A DNA stretch of 64,000 nt, from the NCBI RefSeq assembly GCF_964355755.1, contig NC_092679.1, forward strand, positions 15,235,432 to 15,299,431. The letters are read 5' to 3'. The translations under genes and the position numbers were made by a program. Shown one piece after another: positions 1 to 11,213 of the stretch. The stretch comes from Antedon mediterranea. Lineage: Eukaryota > Animalia > Echinodermata. Numbering within the stretch: the stretch's first letter is position 1; each line of letters opens with the position of its first letter. The notes under the pieces were generated by a model, which was given only the letters and a program-made list of their open reading frames with translations, made no database searches and had not been told where the DNA came from.

Positions 1-1616
1 CTACGGTTATGTTACTAATAATGGCACTAATTTGTCATAGACTTTCTCACTGCTAAATCTATCCGTTCTTTGAGGTATTATAATTAGACATTTTTATGAT
101 GTCGTATCAACAAGATTTTCTTTAGTGCTTTTATAAACATTTTTATTATTTATGTTTTACTGTCCAATTTATTCGTTGCATTTGTGTTATTTAAAATTAA
201 AATTAAAACTATGCATTTTTTGATCTAATTTTATAGAAAATACAAAACAAACAGATTATTTACTCTCTGTATTACGTAAACGAATGTTATTAAAATATTG
301 ATCTTTTTTTATATTATTATTCATTTAAAATTGCTAAATTAGGCATATCTTAGGCATATCTTAGGCGTTTCTTGTCTGTTTTGCTATTTTAAAGAATTAA
401 ATTGCAGATTTTAATTAATCAGTTTAAAAAAAAATTAAACTAGGCCTACTTATATTATATTTATTTATTTTATTACTTTATTTTAGTTTTTATATTTACA
501 TTCTGTAATACAGAAAACGACTTTTATTGAAAATGTGGGTTTTTTTTAAATTATTTTAATTAAAGATTTTTTGGCTAATTAACTTAATATAATAGGAAAT
601 AACATGTTGTAGGCCTATTTTATATAAAGGAATGGATAACGAAACACGGAATAGTACGGAGGCCAACAGTTTTAGATCAAATGTTGATTTGAAACTATCA
701 TTGTATTTTTTATAGTATTTTTTGCACAAAAAAACATTACCGGTATTAAACTTCAACTTTTCAACAAAATATCAGATAATTACCGATTGAAAATATATAC
801 ATATTACTCGTAAATATGTCTCTAATTTACATATCAAATCATTTTTTAAATTTAATTTTCACAGCTTCAGAATTTAAAGACACATTTTTCAATACGGTAC
901 ATTAGATTCAATTTTGATAAACACAATTTATTTTAAATGTAATTTATAATCTTATTCAAAATGTTAATATGAATATAAACTCAGTAAATCAGTTACAAAG
1001 ATTAATAAATTTATTTATGAATAACAAATAAAATAAACTTACCTAAATTCGTTTTATATCACAACTAAAAATGATAACATTCCTCGTCTTATGACAGTAT
1101 TGAAGTAAATCTGTGAATGACTTGTTGAACTTCGAACAGTTTGTGAAAGCACGGATATAACACAAGGAGATAGTAAAGATACAAGAGCTTAAAACAATCC
1201 CGTCTTACTAATATATTATACTACTAACTCCTATAGTATTGTTGCTTAGAAAATTGCAACTGTAGTTCGAGTATATCGCACTGGCATAAGTAGATATAAG
1301 TCACATGTGTCTGTTACTGAAACTGAAACTTATTGAAACAGTCCCACATCCAATTCAACTTTGAACGAATTAAGAAAGAATTTTCTTTGAAGCCCCCAAC
1401 CCCTATCCAGTCGCGATTTCTGGCCTAATTATTGAAATAACTTAATTGTTTAGGCCTTTGTGTGTTAAGACATAGGTAAGATCCTCTTTATTGTCTCTTC
1501 TTTACGGCGACAACTAATTGTCATTAATTAAAATGAACAATGGTATCCATGATTCCGATTTACTATTATACATTATTGTATATTATCTCTTGTAATCTGT
1601 ACATTGTAATATGTAT

Positions 1617-1644
1617 GAATTGAATTGAATTGAATTGAATTGAA
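1617..1644. repeat. (GAATT)n microsatellite, about 5.5 units
   Basis: Directly visible; possibly the tail of an old non-LTR retrotransposon. Confidence 0.8.
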
Positions 1645-2225
1645 AAGAAATGGTTTATTTTAATGAAAAACCATCATCTGACAGACAATTTAAGTATTTT
1701 TTGCTTTAAATTACATTTTTTCAGGTAAATGATATTTTTTCGATCCAGTTTTTGCTCAAAGTGAAATTAAAATGACATATCCAACAAATAATTTTTTTTA
1801 AAAATTTGTAGAAGGAAGATATATCTTTAAATTCGGTCATATTTTTATATTTCTCTTAGACCTAAGATGTATGTATTCTATATTCCAGTTACCAACATTA
1901 ACTATTCCTTATTGACCTAATAATGTTGATTTTTATTCACTTTATAGATAGATAGATAAATATCAATAGAAAGAAATTTTGACATAAAACAAAGCGGCAT
2001 TCCCGGTATCCTTGTAATCATTAGATTAATTTTAATAGTGAAATCATAGTTATCGATAATTATTTGCCTTTACATGGTTTACAGGTCTTTAATCAGAGAA
2101 ATATGATTAGGTTGTCATTCAATGCCTAGTACAGTATATTGAACTCCAACAACTCGGAACTCCAATTTGCAAAAAGCGCCCTCAATTTGATTAACATCGC
2201 AATTTTCATTAGAGTTGCTGTAATT

Positions 2226-2298
2226 GGTTTCGTGGTGTAGTGGTTATCACGTCTGCTTTACACGCAGAAGGTCCCCGGTTCGAGCCCGGGCGGAACCT
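2226..2298 (+). tRNA. tRNA-Val(TAC), first gene of the array
   Basis: Perfect cloverleaf, anticodon loop TT-TAC-AC, T8 terminator downstream. Confidence 0.93.
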
Positions 2299-2529
2299 GA
2301 TTTTTTTTATCAATTCTTTTTATTGAAAAATATCTTTTTAAAATTAATTATTAATAAAAAAAAAACTTAATTTAATGATTCATGCATTATTGATATACAT
2401 ATTTCTTTCAAGAGTTGCCTTCCTAGCTTTTAAATTTTGGTTTGTTTTTGTGTTTTTTTGGTTAATTAATTTGTTTAATTAAAAAGCCACAATGTGTAAC
2501 CCTCACCACAGCGTTATATTGTTATATCC

Positions 2530-2602
2530 GGCTTCGTGGTGTAGTGGTTATCACGTCTGCTTAACACGCAGAAGGTCCCCGGTTCGAGCCCGGGCGAAAC
2601 CT
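2530..2602 (+). tRNA. tRNA-Val(AAC), C3:A70 acceptor mismatch
   Basis: Cloverleaf, AAC anticodon; equivalents at 6873, 11214, 15555, 19348. Confidence 0.88.
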
Positions 2603-2827
2603 ATTTTTTCTTAATTTTTTTTTTTTTATTGAAAAATATCTTTTAAAATTATTAATTAAAAACTTAATTTACTGATTCATCCATTTATCGATATACATAT
2701 TTCTTTTAAGATTTTGCCGTCCTAACTTTTAAATTTTGGTTTATTTTTGTGCTTTTTTATTAATTAATTTGATCAATTAAGTAGCAACAATGTGTAATCC
2801 ACACCACAGCGTTACGTTGTTATATGT

Positions 2828-2900
2828 GGCTTCGTGGTGTAGTGGTTATCACGTCTGCTTAACACGCAGAAGGTCCCCGGTTCGAGCCCGGGCGAAACCT
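2828..2900 (+). tRNA. tRNA-Val(AAC), C3:A70 acceptor mismatch
   Basis: Cloverleaf, AAC anticodon; equivalents at 7169, 11510, 15851, 19644. Confidence 0.88.
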
Positions 2901-3711
2901 ATATTTTTTTTTACATTATGGTAAAAAGTACTGTATTCGTAATATGATAAAGAGTTTATCTCGTTTTATTTTGTTTTTACTACTTTTTTGTGGAATCGTT
3001 TACATGTTTATTTAGCTTTGTGCTTATTACCATATTTGTTTATAATTTACAATTACGCTATAGGAAATACAAACAACAAGAGGACAAACGTCCAATACAT
3101 GTACTAATCATTTTCATTTGCAGATAAAAGAAGATAAATTAATTGGATCTGTACTGTGATAAAATGAAATATTTATAACTGGACTTGAATTTATTTAAGT
3201 TATTAGAATTTAGTAAGGATTGACTTAAAGTATACCATATTAGAGGACCATGGTATTTTATAGAAATTTAAAAAAAAATCTAAAGTACTGAAGTTGCGAA
3301 TTTGACATATTTTTTGTAATTGAAAAATATACATACAGTATATCTTTTTAAAATTATTAATTGAAATATTTTATTTGCGGATTCCGTCATTATTGATATA
3401 CCTATATATTTTTAAGGCCTCCGTCCTAGCTTTTAAATTTTAGTTTGCTTTTGTGGTATTTTGTTATTTAATTTGATTTTAACCTGATTTTTTATCAATT
3501 CTTTTTATTGAAAAAATATCTTTTTAAAATTAATTATTAATAAAAAAACTTAATTTAATGATTCATGCATTATTGATATACATATTTCTTTTAAGAGTTG
3601 CCTTCCTAGCTTTTAAATTTGGGTTTGTTTTTGTGTTTTTTTGTTAATTAATTTGTTTAATTAAAAAGCCACAATGTGTAACCCTCACCACAGCGTTATA
3701 TTGTTATATCC

Positions 3712-3759
3712 GGCTTCGTGGTGTAGTGGTTATCCCCGGTTCGAGCCCGGGCGAAACCT
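3712..3759 (+). pseudogene. tRNA-Val pseudogene with a 25-nt deletion removing the anticodon arm
   Basis: GGTTAT is joined directly to CCCCGGTTCG; 48 nt long. Confidence 0.9.
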
Positions 3760-3914
3760 ATTTCTTCATTTTTTATTTGCGGATTCTGCCATTACTATAT
3801 ATTTTTAACACCTCCTTCCTAGCTTTTACATTTGAGTTTTTTGATTTTGTGGTTTTTTGTTATTCAATTTGCTTCACAAAAATTTGTAAATCACAGCGTT
3901 ATTCTTATACAATC

Positions 3915-3987
3915 GGTTTCGTGGTGTAGTGGTTATCACGTCTGCTTCACACGCAGAAGGTCCCCGGTTCGAGCCCGGGCGGAACCT
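3915..3987 (+). tRNA. tRNA-Val(CAC)
   Basis: Intact cloverleaf, CAC anticodon; equivalents at 8256, 12597, 16938. Confidence 0.93.
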
Positions 3988-4040
3988 GTTTTGTTTAATT
4001 GATTTCTTTTTATTGAAAAACATATATCCTTTTAAAATTA

Positions 4041-4525
4041 GGTTTTCAACATGTTTACCAATAATGTGCTTAGATATTCAACATGTTAACCAATAATGTG
4101 CTTAGGTATTCAACATGTTTACCCATAATGTGCTTAGCTGGTATTCAACATGTTTACCCATAATGTGCTTAGGTATTCAACATGTTTACCAATAATGTGC
4201 TTAGGTATTCAACATGTTTACCGTAAATGTGCTTAGGTATTTAACATGTTTACCAATAATGTGCTTTGGTATTCAACATGTTTACCAATATGTGCTTAGG
4301 TATTCAACATGTTTACCAATAATGTTCTTAGGTATTCAACATGTTACCAGTAATGTGCTTAGGTATTCAACATGTTACCAATAATGTGCTTTTGTATTCA
4401 ACATGTTACCAATAATGTGCTTAGGCATTCAACATGTTACCACTTATGTATTCAACATGTTTACCAATAATGTGCTTAGGTATTCAACATGTTTACCAAT
4501 AATGTGCTTAAGTATTCAACATGTT
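4041..4525. repeat. 31-32 bp minisatellite block (GGTATTCAACATGTTTACCAATAATGTGCTTA), about 15 units
   Basis: Directly visible tandem units. Other left-domain blocks lie at about 5556-6008, 8382-8866, 9897-10349, 12723-13207, 14238-14690, 17064-17613 and 18031-18483. Confidence 0.95.
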
Positions 4526-4630
4526 TTATCACTTTTACACATGTTTATTTAGCTTTGTGCTTATTACCATATTTATTCGTAATTTAAATGGATTAAAAAA
4601 CTGTATGTAAACTACGTTGGTGCTGTACGT

Positions 4631-4703
4631 GGTTTCGTAGTGTAGTGGTTATCACGTCTGCTTTACACGCAGAAGGTCCCCGGTTCTAGCCCGGATGGAA
4701 CCT
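4631..4703 (+). tRNA. tRNA-Val(TAC) variant with a damaged B box/T-arm (GGTTCTAG, G65A); possibly non-functional
   Basis: TAC anticodon; the same variant is at 6114, 8972, 10455, 13313, 14796, 17719, 18589. Confidence 0.75.
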
Positions 4704-4902
4704 GTTTTTTGATTAATTATTTTTTTTTTTATTGAAAGATACATTTTTTAAATATTTTATTTGCGGATTCCGTCATTATTGATATACCTATATATTTTTA
4801 AGGCCTCCGTCCTAGCTTTTAAATTTTAGTTTGCTTTTGTGGTATTTTGTTATTTAATTTGCTTTTCAAAAATGTGTAACTCACAACGTTATTATAACAA
4901 GC

Positions 4903-4975
4903 GGTTTCGTGGTGTAGTGGTTATAACGTCTGCTTCACACGCAGAAGGTCCCCGGTTCGAGCTCGGGCGAAACCT
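4903..4975 (+). tRNA. tRNA-Val(CAC) variant (D-stem C23A, T-stem C61T)
   Basis: GGTTATAACG and GAGCTCGGG; also at 9244 and 13585. Confidence 0.72.
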
Positions 4976-5201
4976 GATTTTTTATCAATTCTTTTTATTG
5001 AAAAAATATCTTTTTAAAATTAATTATTAATAAAAAAACTTAATTTAATGATTCATGCATTATTGATATACATATTTCTTTCAAGAGTTGCCTTCCTAGC
5101 TTTTAAATTTGGGTTTGTTTTTGTGTTTTTTTGTTAATTAATTTGTTTAATTAAAAAGCCACAATGTGTAACCCTCACCACAGCGTTATATTGTTATATC
5201 C

Positions 5202-5274
5202 GGCTTCGTGGTGTAGTGATTATCACGTCTGCTTAACACGCAGAAGGTCCCCGGTTCGAGCCCGGGCGAAACCT
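5202..5274 (+). tRNA. tRNA-Val(AAC) variant (G19A in the A box)
   Basis: GTAGTGATT; also at 9543 and 13884. Confidence 0.72.
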
Positions 5275-5429
5275 ATTTCTTCATTTTTTATTTGCGGATT
5301 CTGCCATTACTATATATTTTTAACACCTCCTTCCTAGCGTTTACATTTGAGTTTTTTGATTTTGTGGTTTTTTGTTATTCAATTTGCTTCACAAAAATTT
5401 GTAAATCACAGCGTTATTCTTATACAATC

Positions 5430-5502
5430 GGTTTCGTGGTGTAGTGGTTATCACGTCTGCTTTACACGCAGAAGGTCCCCGGTTCGAGCCCGGGTGGGAC
5501 CT
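5430..5502 (+). tRNA. tRNA-Val(TAC) at a locus that is CAC elsewhere
   Basis: Flanks match the 3915 CAC locus but the anticodon is TAC; also at 9771 and 14112. Confidence 0.82.
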
Positions 5503-6113
5503 GTTTTGTTTAATTGATTTCTTTTTATTGAAAAACATATATCCTTTTAAAATTAGGTATTCAACATGTTTACCAATAATGTGCTTAGATATTCAACATG
5601 TTAGCCAATAATGTGCTTAGGTATTCAACATGTTTACCCATAATGTGCTTAGCTGGTATTCAACATGTTTACCCATAATGTGCTTAGGTATTCAACATGT
5701 TTACCAATAATGTGCTTAGGTATTCAACATGTTTACCGTAAATGTGCTTAGGTATTTAACATGTTTACCAATAATGTGCTTTGGTATTCAACATGTTTAC
5801 CAATATGTGCTTAGGTATTCAACATGTTTACCAATAATGTTCTTAGGTATTCCACATGTTACCAGTAATGTGCTTAGGTATTCAACATGTTACCAATAAT
5901 GTGCTTTTGTATTCAACATGTTACCAATAATGTGCTTAGGCATTCAACATGTTACCACTTATGTATTCAACATGTTTACCAATAATGTGCTTAAGTATTC
6001 AACATGTTTTATCACTTTTACACATGTTTATTTAGCTTTGTGCTTATTACCATATTTATTCGTAATTTAAATGGATTAAAAAACTGTATGTAAACTACGT
6101 TGGTGCTGTACGT

Positions 6114-6186
6114 GGTTTCGTAGTGTAGTGGTTATCACGTCTGCTTTACACGCAGAAGGTCCCCGGTTCTAGCCCGGATGGAACCT
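6114..6186 (+). tRNA. tRNA-Val(TAC) variant with a damaged B box
   Basis: Same variant as 4631. Confidence 0.75.
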
Positions 6187-6285
6187 GTTTTTTGATTAAT
6201 TAGTTTTTTTTTTATTGAAAGATACATTTTTTAAATTATTATTTAAAAACTTAATTTACTGATTCAGCGTTATGTTATTTTAAGG

Positions 6286-6358
6286 GGCTTCGTAGTGTAT
6301 TGGTTATCACGTCTGCTTAACACGCAGAAGGTCCCCGGTTCGAGCCCGGGCGAAACCT
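6286..6358 (+). tRNA. tRNA-Val(AAC) variant (G15T)
   Basis: GTGTATTGG; also at 10627, 14968, 18761, 22818, 32384, 41008. Confidence 0.78.
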
Positions 6359-6573
6359 ATTTTTTTAACATTATGGTGAAAAGTACTGTATACGCAATAT
6401 AATATACCGTATAGTATATCTTATTTTTATTACTTTTTTAATATACTTATTTTGTGTAATCGGTAATTATCACTTTTACACCTGTTTTTTTGGGATTTTG
6501 TGCTTATTACCATATTTATTTGTAATTTAAACAGATTAAAAAACTTTGTGTAAAGTACGTTGTTCCTGTACGA

Positions 6574-6646
6574 GGTTTCGTAGTGTAGTGGTTATCACGT
6601 CTGCTTCACACGCAGAAGGTCCCCGGTTCGAGCCCGAGCGAAACCT
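6574..6646 (+). tRNA. tRNA-Val(CAC) (G64A T-stem mismatch)
   Basis: CAC anticodon; also at 10915, 15256, 19049. Confidence 0.8.
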
Positions 6647-6872
6647 GATTTTTTATAAATTCTTTTTATTGAAAAAATATATTTTTAAAATTAATTATTA
6701 ATAAAAAAACTTAATTTAATGATTCATGCATTATTGATATACATATTTCTTTCAAGAGTTGCCTTCCTAGCTTTTAAATTTTGGTTTGTTTTTGTGTTAT
6801 TTTGTTAATTAATTTTTTTAATTAAAAAGCCACAATGTATAACTCTCACCACAGCGTTATATTGTTATATCC

Positions 6873-9800
6873 GGCTTCGTGGTGTAGTGGTTATCACGTC
6901 TGCTTAACACGCAGAAGGTCCCCGGTTCGAGCCCGGGCGAAACCTATTTTTTTCTTAATTTTTTTTTTATTGAAAAATATCTTTTAAAATTATTAATTAA
7001 AAACTTAATTTACTGATTCATCCATTTATCGATATACATATTTCTTTTAAGATTTTGCCGTCCTAACTTTTAAATTTTGGTTTATTTTTGTGCTTTTTTA
7101 TTAATTAATTTGATCAATTAAGTAGCAACAATGTGTAATCCACACCACAGCGTTACGTTGTTATATGTGGCTTCGTGGTGTAGTGGTTATCACGTCTGCT
7201 TAACACGCAGAAGGTCCCCGGTTCGAGCCCGGGCGAAACCTATATTTTTTTTTACATTATGGTAAAAAGTACTGTATTCGTAATATGATAAAGAGTTTAT
7301 CTCGTTTTATTTTGTTTTTACTACTTTTTTGTGGAATCGTTTACATGTTTATTTAGCTTTGTGCTTATTACCATATTTGTTTATAATTTACAATTACGCT
7401 ATAGGAAATACAAACAACAAGAGGACAAACGTCCAATACATGTACTAATCATTTTCATTTGCAGATAAAAGAAGATAAATTAATTGGATCTGTACTGTGA
7501 TAAAATGAAATATTTATAACTGGACTTGAATTTATTTAAGTTATTAGAATTTAGTAAGGATTGACTTAAAGTATACCATATTAGAGGACCATGGTATTTT
7601 ATAGAAATTTAAAAAAAAATCTAAAGTACTGAAGTTGCGAATTTGACATATTTTTTGTAATTGAAAAATATACATACAGTATATCTTTTTAAAATTATTA
7701 ATTGAAATATTTTATTTGCGGATTCCGTCATTATTGATATACCTATATATTTTTAAGGCCTCCGTCCTAGCTTTTAAATTTTAGTTTGCTTTTGTGGTAT
7801 TTTGTTATTTAATTTGATTTTAACCTGATTTTTTATCAATTCTTTTTATTGAAAAAATATCTTTTTAAAATTAATTATTAATAAAAAAACTTAATTTAAT
7901 GATTCATGCATTATTGATATACATATTTCTTTTAAGAGTTGCCTTCCTAGCTTTTAAATTTGGGTTTGTTTTTGTGTTTTTTTGTTAATTAATTTGTTTA
8001 ATTAAAAAGCCACAATGTGTAACCCTCACCACAGCGTTATATTGTTATATCCGGCTTCGTGGTGTAGTGGTTATCCCCGGTTCGAGCCCGGGCGAAACCT
8101 ATTTCTTCATTTTTTATTTGCGGATTCTGCCATTACTATATATTTTTAACACCTCCTTCCTAGCTTTTACATTTGAGTTTTTTGATTTTGTGGTTTTTTG
8201 TTATTCAATTTGCTTCACAAAAATTTGTAAATCACAGCGTTATTCTTATACAATCGGTTTCGTGGTGTAGTGGTTATCACGTCTGCTTCACACGCAGAAG
8301 GTCCCCGGTTCGAGCCCGGGCGGAACCTGTTTTGTTTAATTGATTTCTTTTTATTGAAAAACATATATCCTTTTAAAATTAGGTTTTCAACATGTTTACC
8401 AATAATGTGCTTAGATATTCAACATGTTAACCAATAATGTGCTTAGGTATTCAACATGTTTACCCATAATGTGCTTAGCTGGTATTCAACATGTTTACCC
8501 ATAATGTGCTTAGGTATTCAACATGTTTACCAATAATGTGCTTAGGTATTCAACATGTTTACCGTAAATGTGCTTAGGTATTTAACATGTTTACCAATAA
8601 TGTGCTTTGGTATTCAACATGTTTACCAATATGTGCTTAGGTATTCAACATGTTTACCAATAATGTTCTTAGGTATTCAACATGTTACCAGTAATGTGCT
8701 TAGGTATTCAACATGTTACCAATAATGTGCTTTTGTATTCAACATGTTACCAATAATGTGCTTAGGCATTCAACATGTTACCACTTATGTATTCAACATG
8801 TTTACCAATAATGTGCTTAGGTATTCAACATGTTTACCAATAATGTGCTTAAGTATTCAACATGTTTTATCACTTTTACACATGTTTATTTAGCTTTGTG
8901 CTTATTACCATATTTATTCGTAATTTAAATGGATTAAAAAACTGTATGTAAACTACGTTGGTGCTGTACGTGGTTTCGTAGTGTAGTGGTTATCACGTCT
9001 GCTTTACACGCAGAAGGTCCCCGGTTCTAGCCCGGATGGAACCTGTTTTTTGATTAATTAGTTTTTTTTTTATTGAAAGATACATTTTTTAAATATTTTA
9101 TTTGCGGATTCCGTCATTATTGATATACCTATATATTTTTAAGGCCTCCGTCCTAGCTTTTAAATTTTAGTTTGCTTTTGTGGTATTTTGTTATTTAATT
9201 TGCTTTTCAAAAATGTGTAACTCACAACGTTATTATAACAAGCGGTTTCGTGGTGTAGTGGTTATAACGTCTGCTTCACACGCAGAAGGTCCCCGGTTCG
9301 AGCTCGGGCGAAACCTGATTTTTTATCAATTCTTTTTATTGAAAAAATATCTTTTTAAAATTAATTATTAATAAAAAAACTTAATTTAATGATTCATGCA
9401 TTATTGATATACATATTTCTTTCAAGAGTTGCCTTCCTAGCTTTTAAATTTGGGTTTGTTTTTGTGTTTTTTTGTTAATTAATTTGTTTAATTAAAAAGC
9501 CACAATGTGTAACCCTCACCACAGCGTTATATTGTTATATCCGGCTTCGTGGTGTAGTGATTATCACGTCTGCTTAACACGCAGAAGGTCCCCGGTTCGA
9601 GCCCGGGCGAAACCTATTTCTTCATTTTTTATTTGCGGATTCTGCCATTACTATATATTTTTAACACCTCCTTCCTAGCGTTTACATTTGAGTTTTTTGA
9701 TTTTGTAGTTTTTTGTTATTCAATTTGCTTCACAAAAATTTGTAAATCACAGCGTTATTCTTATACAATCGGTTTCGTGGTGTAGTGGTTATCACGTCTG

Positions 9801-10987
9801 CTTTACACGCAGAAGGTCCCCGGTTCGAGCCCGGGTGGGACCTGTTTTGTTTAATTGATTTCTTTTTATTGAAAAACATATATCCTTTTAAAATTAGGTA
9901 TTCAACATGTTTACCAATAATGTGCTTAGATATTCAACATGTTAGCCAATAATGTGCTTAGGTATTCAACATGTTTACCCATAATGTGCTTAGCTGGTAT
10001 TCAACATGTTTACCCATAATGTGCTTAGGTATTCAACATGTTTACCAATAATGTGCTTAGGTATTCAACATGTTTACCGTAAATGTGCTTAGGTATTTAA
10101 CATGTTTACCAATAATGTGCTTTGGTATTCAACATGTTTACCAATATGTGCTTAGGTATTCAACATGTTTACCAATAATGTTCTTAGGTATTCAACATGT
10201 TACCAGTAATGTGCTTAGGTATTCAACATGTTACCAATAATGTGCTTTTGTATTCAACATGTTACCAATAATGTGCTTAGGCATTCAACATGTTACCACT
10301 TATGTATTCAACATGTTTACCAATAATGTGCTTAAGTATTCAACATGTTTTATCACTTTTACACATGTTTATTTAGCTTTGTGCTTATTACCATATTTAT
10401 TCGTAATTTAAATGGATTAAAAAACTGTATGTAAACTACGTTGGTGCTGTACGTGGTTTCGTAGTGTAGTGGTTATCACGTCTGCTTTACACGCAGAAGG
10501 TCCCCGGTTCTAGCCCGGATGGAACCTGTTTTTTGATTAATTAGTTTTTTTTTTATTGAAAGATACATTTTTTAAATTATTATTTAAAAACTTAATTTAC
10601 TGATTCAGCGTTATGTTATTTTAAGGGGCTTCGTAGTGTATTGGTTATCACGTCTGCTTAACACGCAGAAGGTCCCCGGTTCGAGCCCGGGCGAAACCTA
10701 TTTTTTTAACATTATGGTGAAAAGTACTGTATACGCAATATAATATACCGTATAGTATATCTTATTTTTATTACTTTTTTAATATACTTATTTTGTGTAA
10801 TCGGTAATTATCACTTTTACACCTGTTTTTTTGGGATTTTGTGCTTATTACCATATTTATTTGTAATTTAAACAGATTAAAAAACTTTGTGTAAAGTACG
10901 TTGTTCCTGTACGAGGTTTCGTAGTGTAGTGGTTATCACGTCTGCTTCACACGCAGAAGGTCCCCGGTTCGAGCCCGAGCGAAACCT
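6873..10987 (+). tRNA. Eleven tRNA-Val loci of 4341-bp unit 2
   Basis: Starts: 6873 AAC, 7169 AAC, 8053 deleted, 8256 CAC, 8972 TAC, 9244 CAC, 9543 AAC, 9771 TAC, 10455 TAC, 10627 AAC, 10915 CAC (73 nt each). Confidence 0.9.
8053..8100 (+). pseudogene. tRNA-Val pseudogene, 25-nt anticodon-arm deletion
   Basis: Identical to 3712. Confidence 0.9.
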
Positions 10988-11213
10988 GATTTTTTATAAA
11001 TTCTTTTTATTGAAAAAATATATTTTTAAAATTAATTATTAATAAAAAAACTTAATTTAATGATTCATGCATTATTGATATACATATTTCTTTCAAGAGT
11101 TGCCTTCCTAGCTTTTAAATTTTGGTTTGTTTTTGTGTTATTTTGTTAATTAATTTTTTTAATTAAAAAGCCACAATGTATAACTCTCACCACAGCGTTA
11201 TATTGTTATATCC

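Noticed and set aside
340-366. TAGGCATATCT tandem duplication
   Set aside because: It is a simple 11-bp local slippage of about 2.5 copies with no further structure.
556-756. 66-aa minus-strand ORF in the left flank
   Set aside because: It is an AT-rich chance frame with no domain signal.
2128-2165. Tigger-like TIR remnant (TACAGTATATTGAACTCCAACAACTCGGAAC) before the first tRNA
   Set aside because: I found no matching inverted partner and the similarity is too weak.
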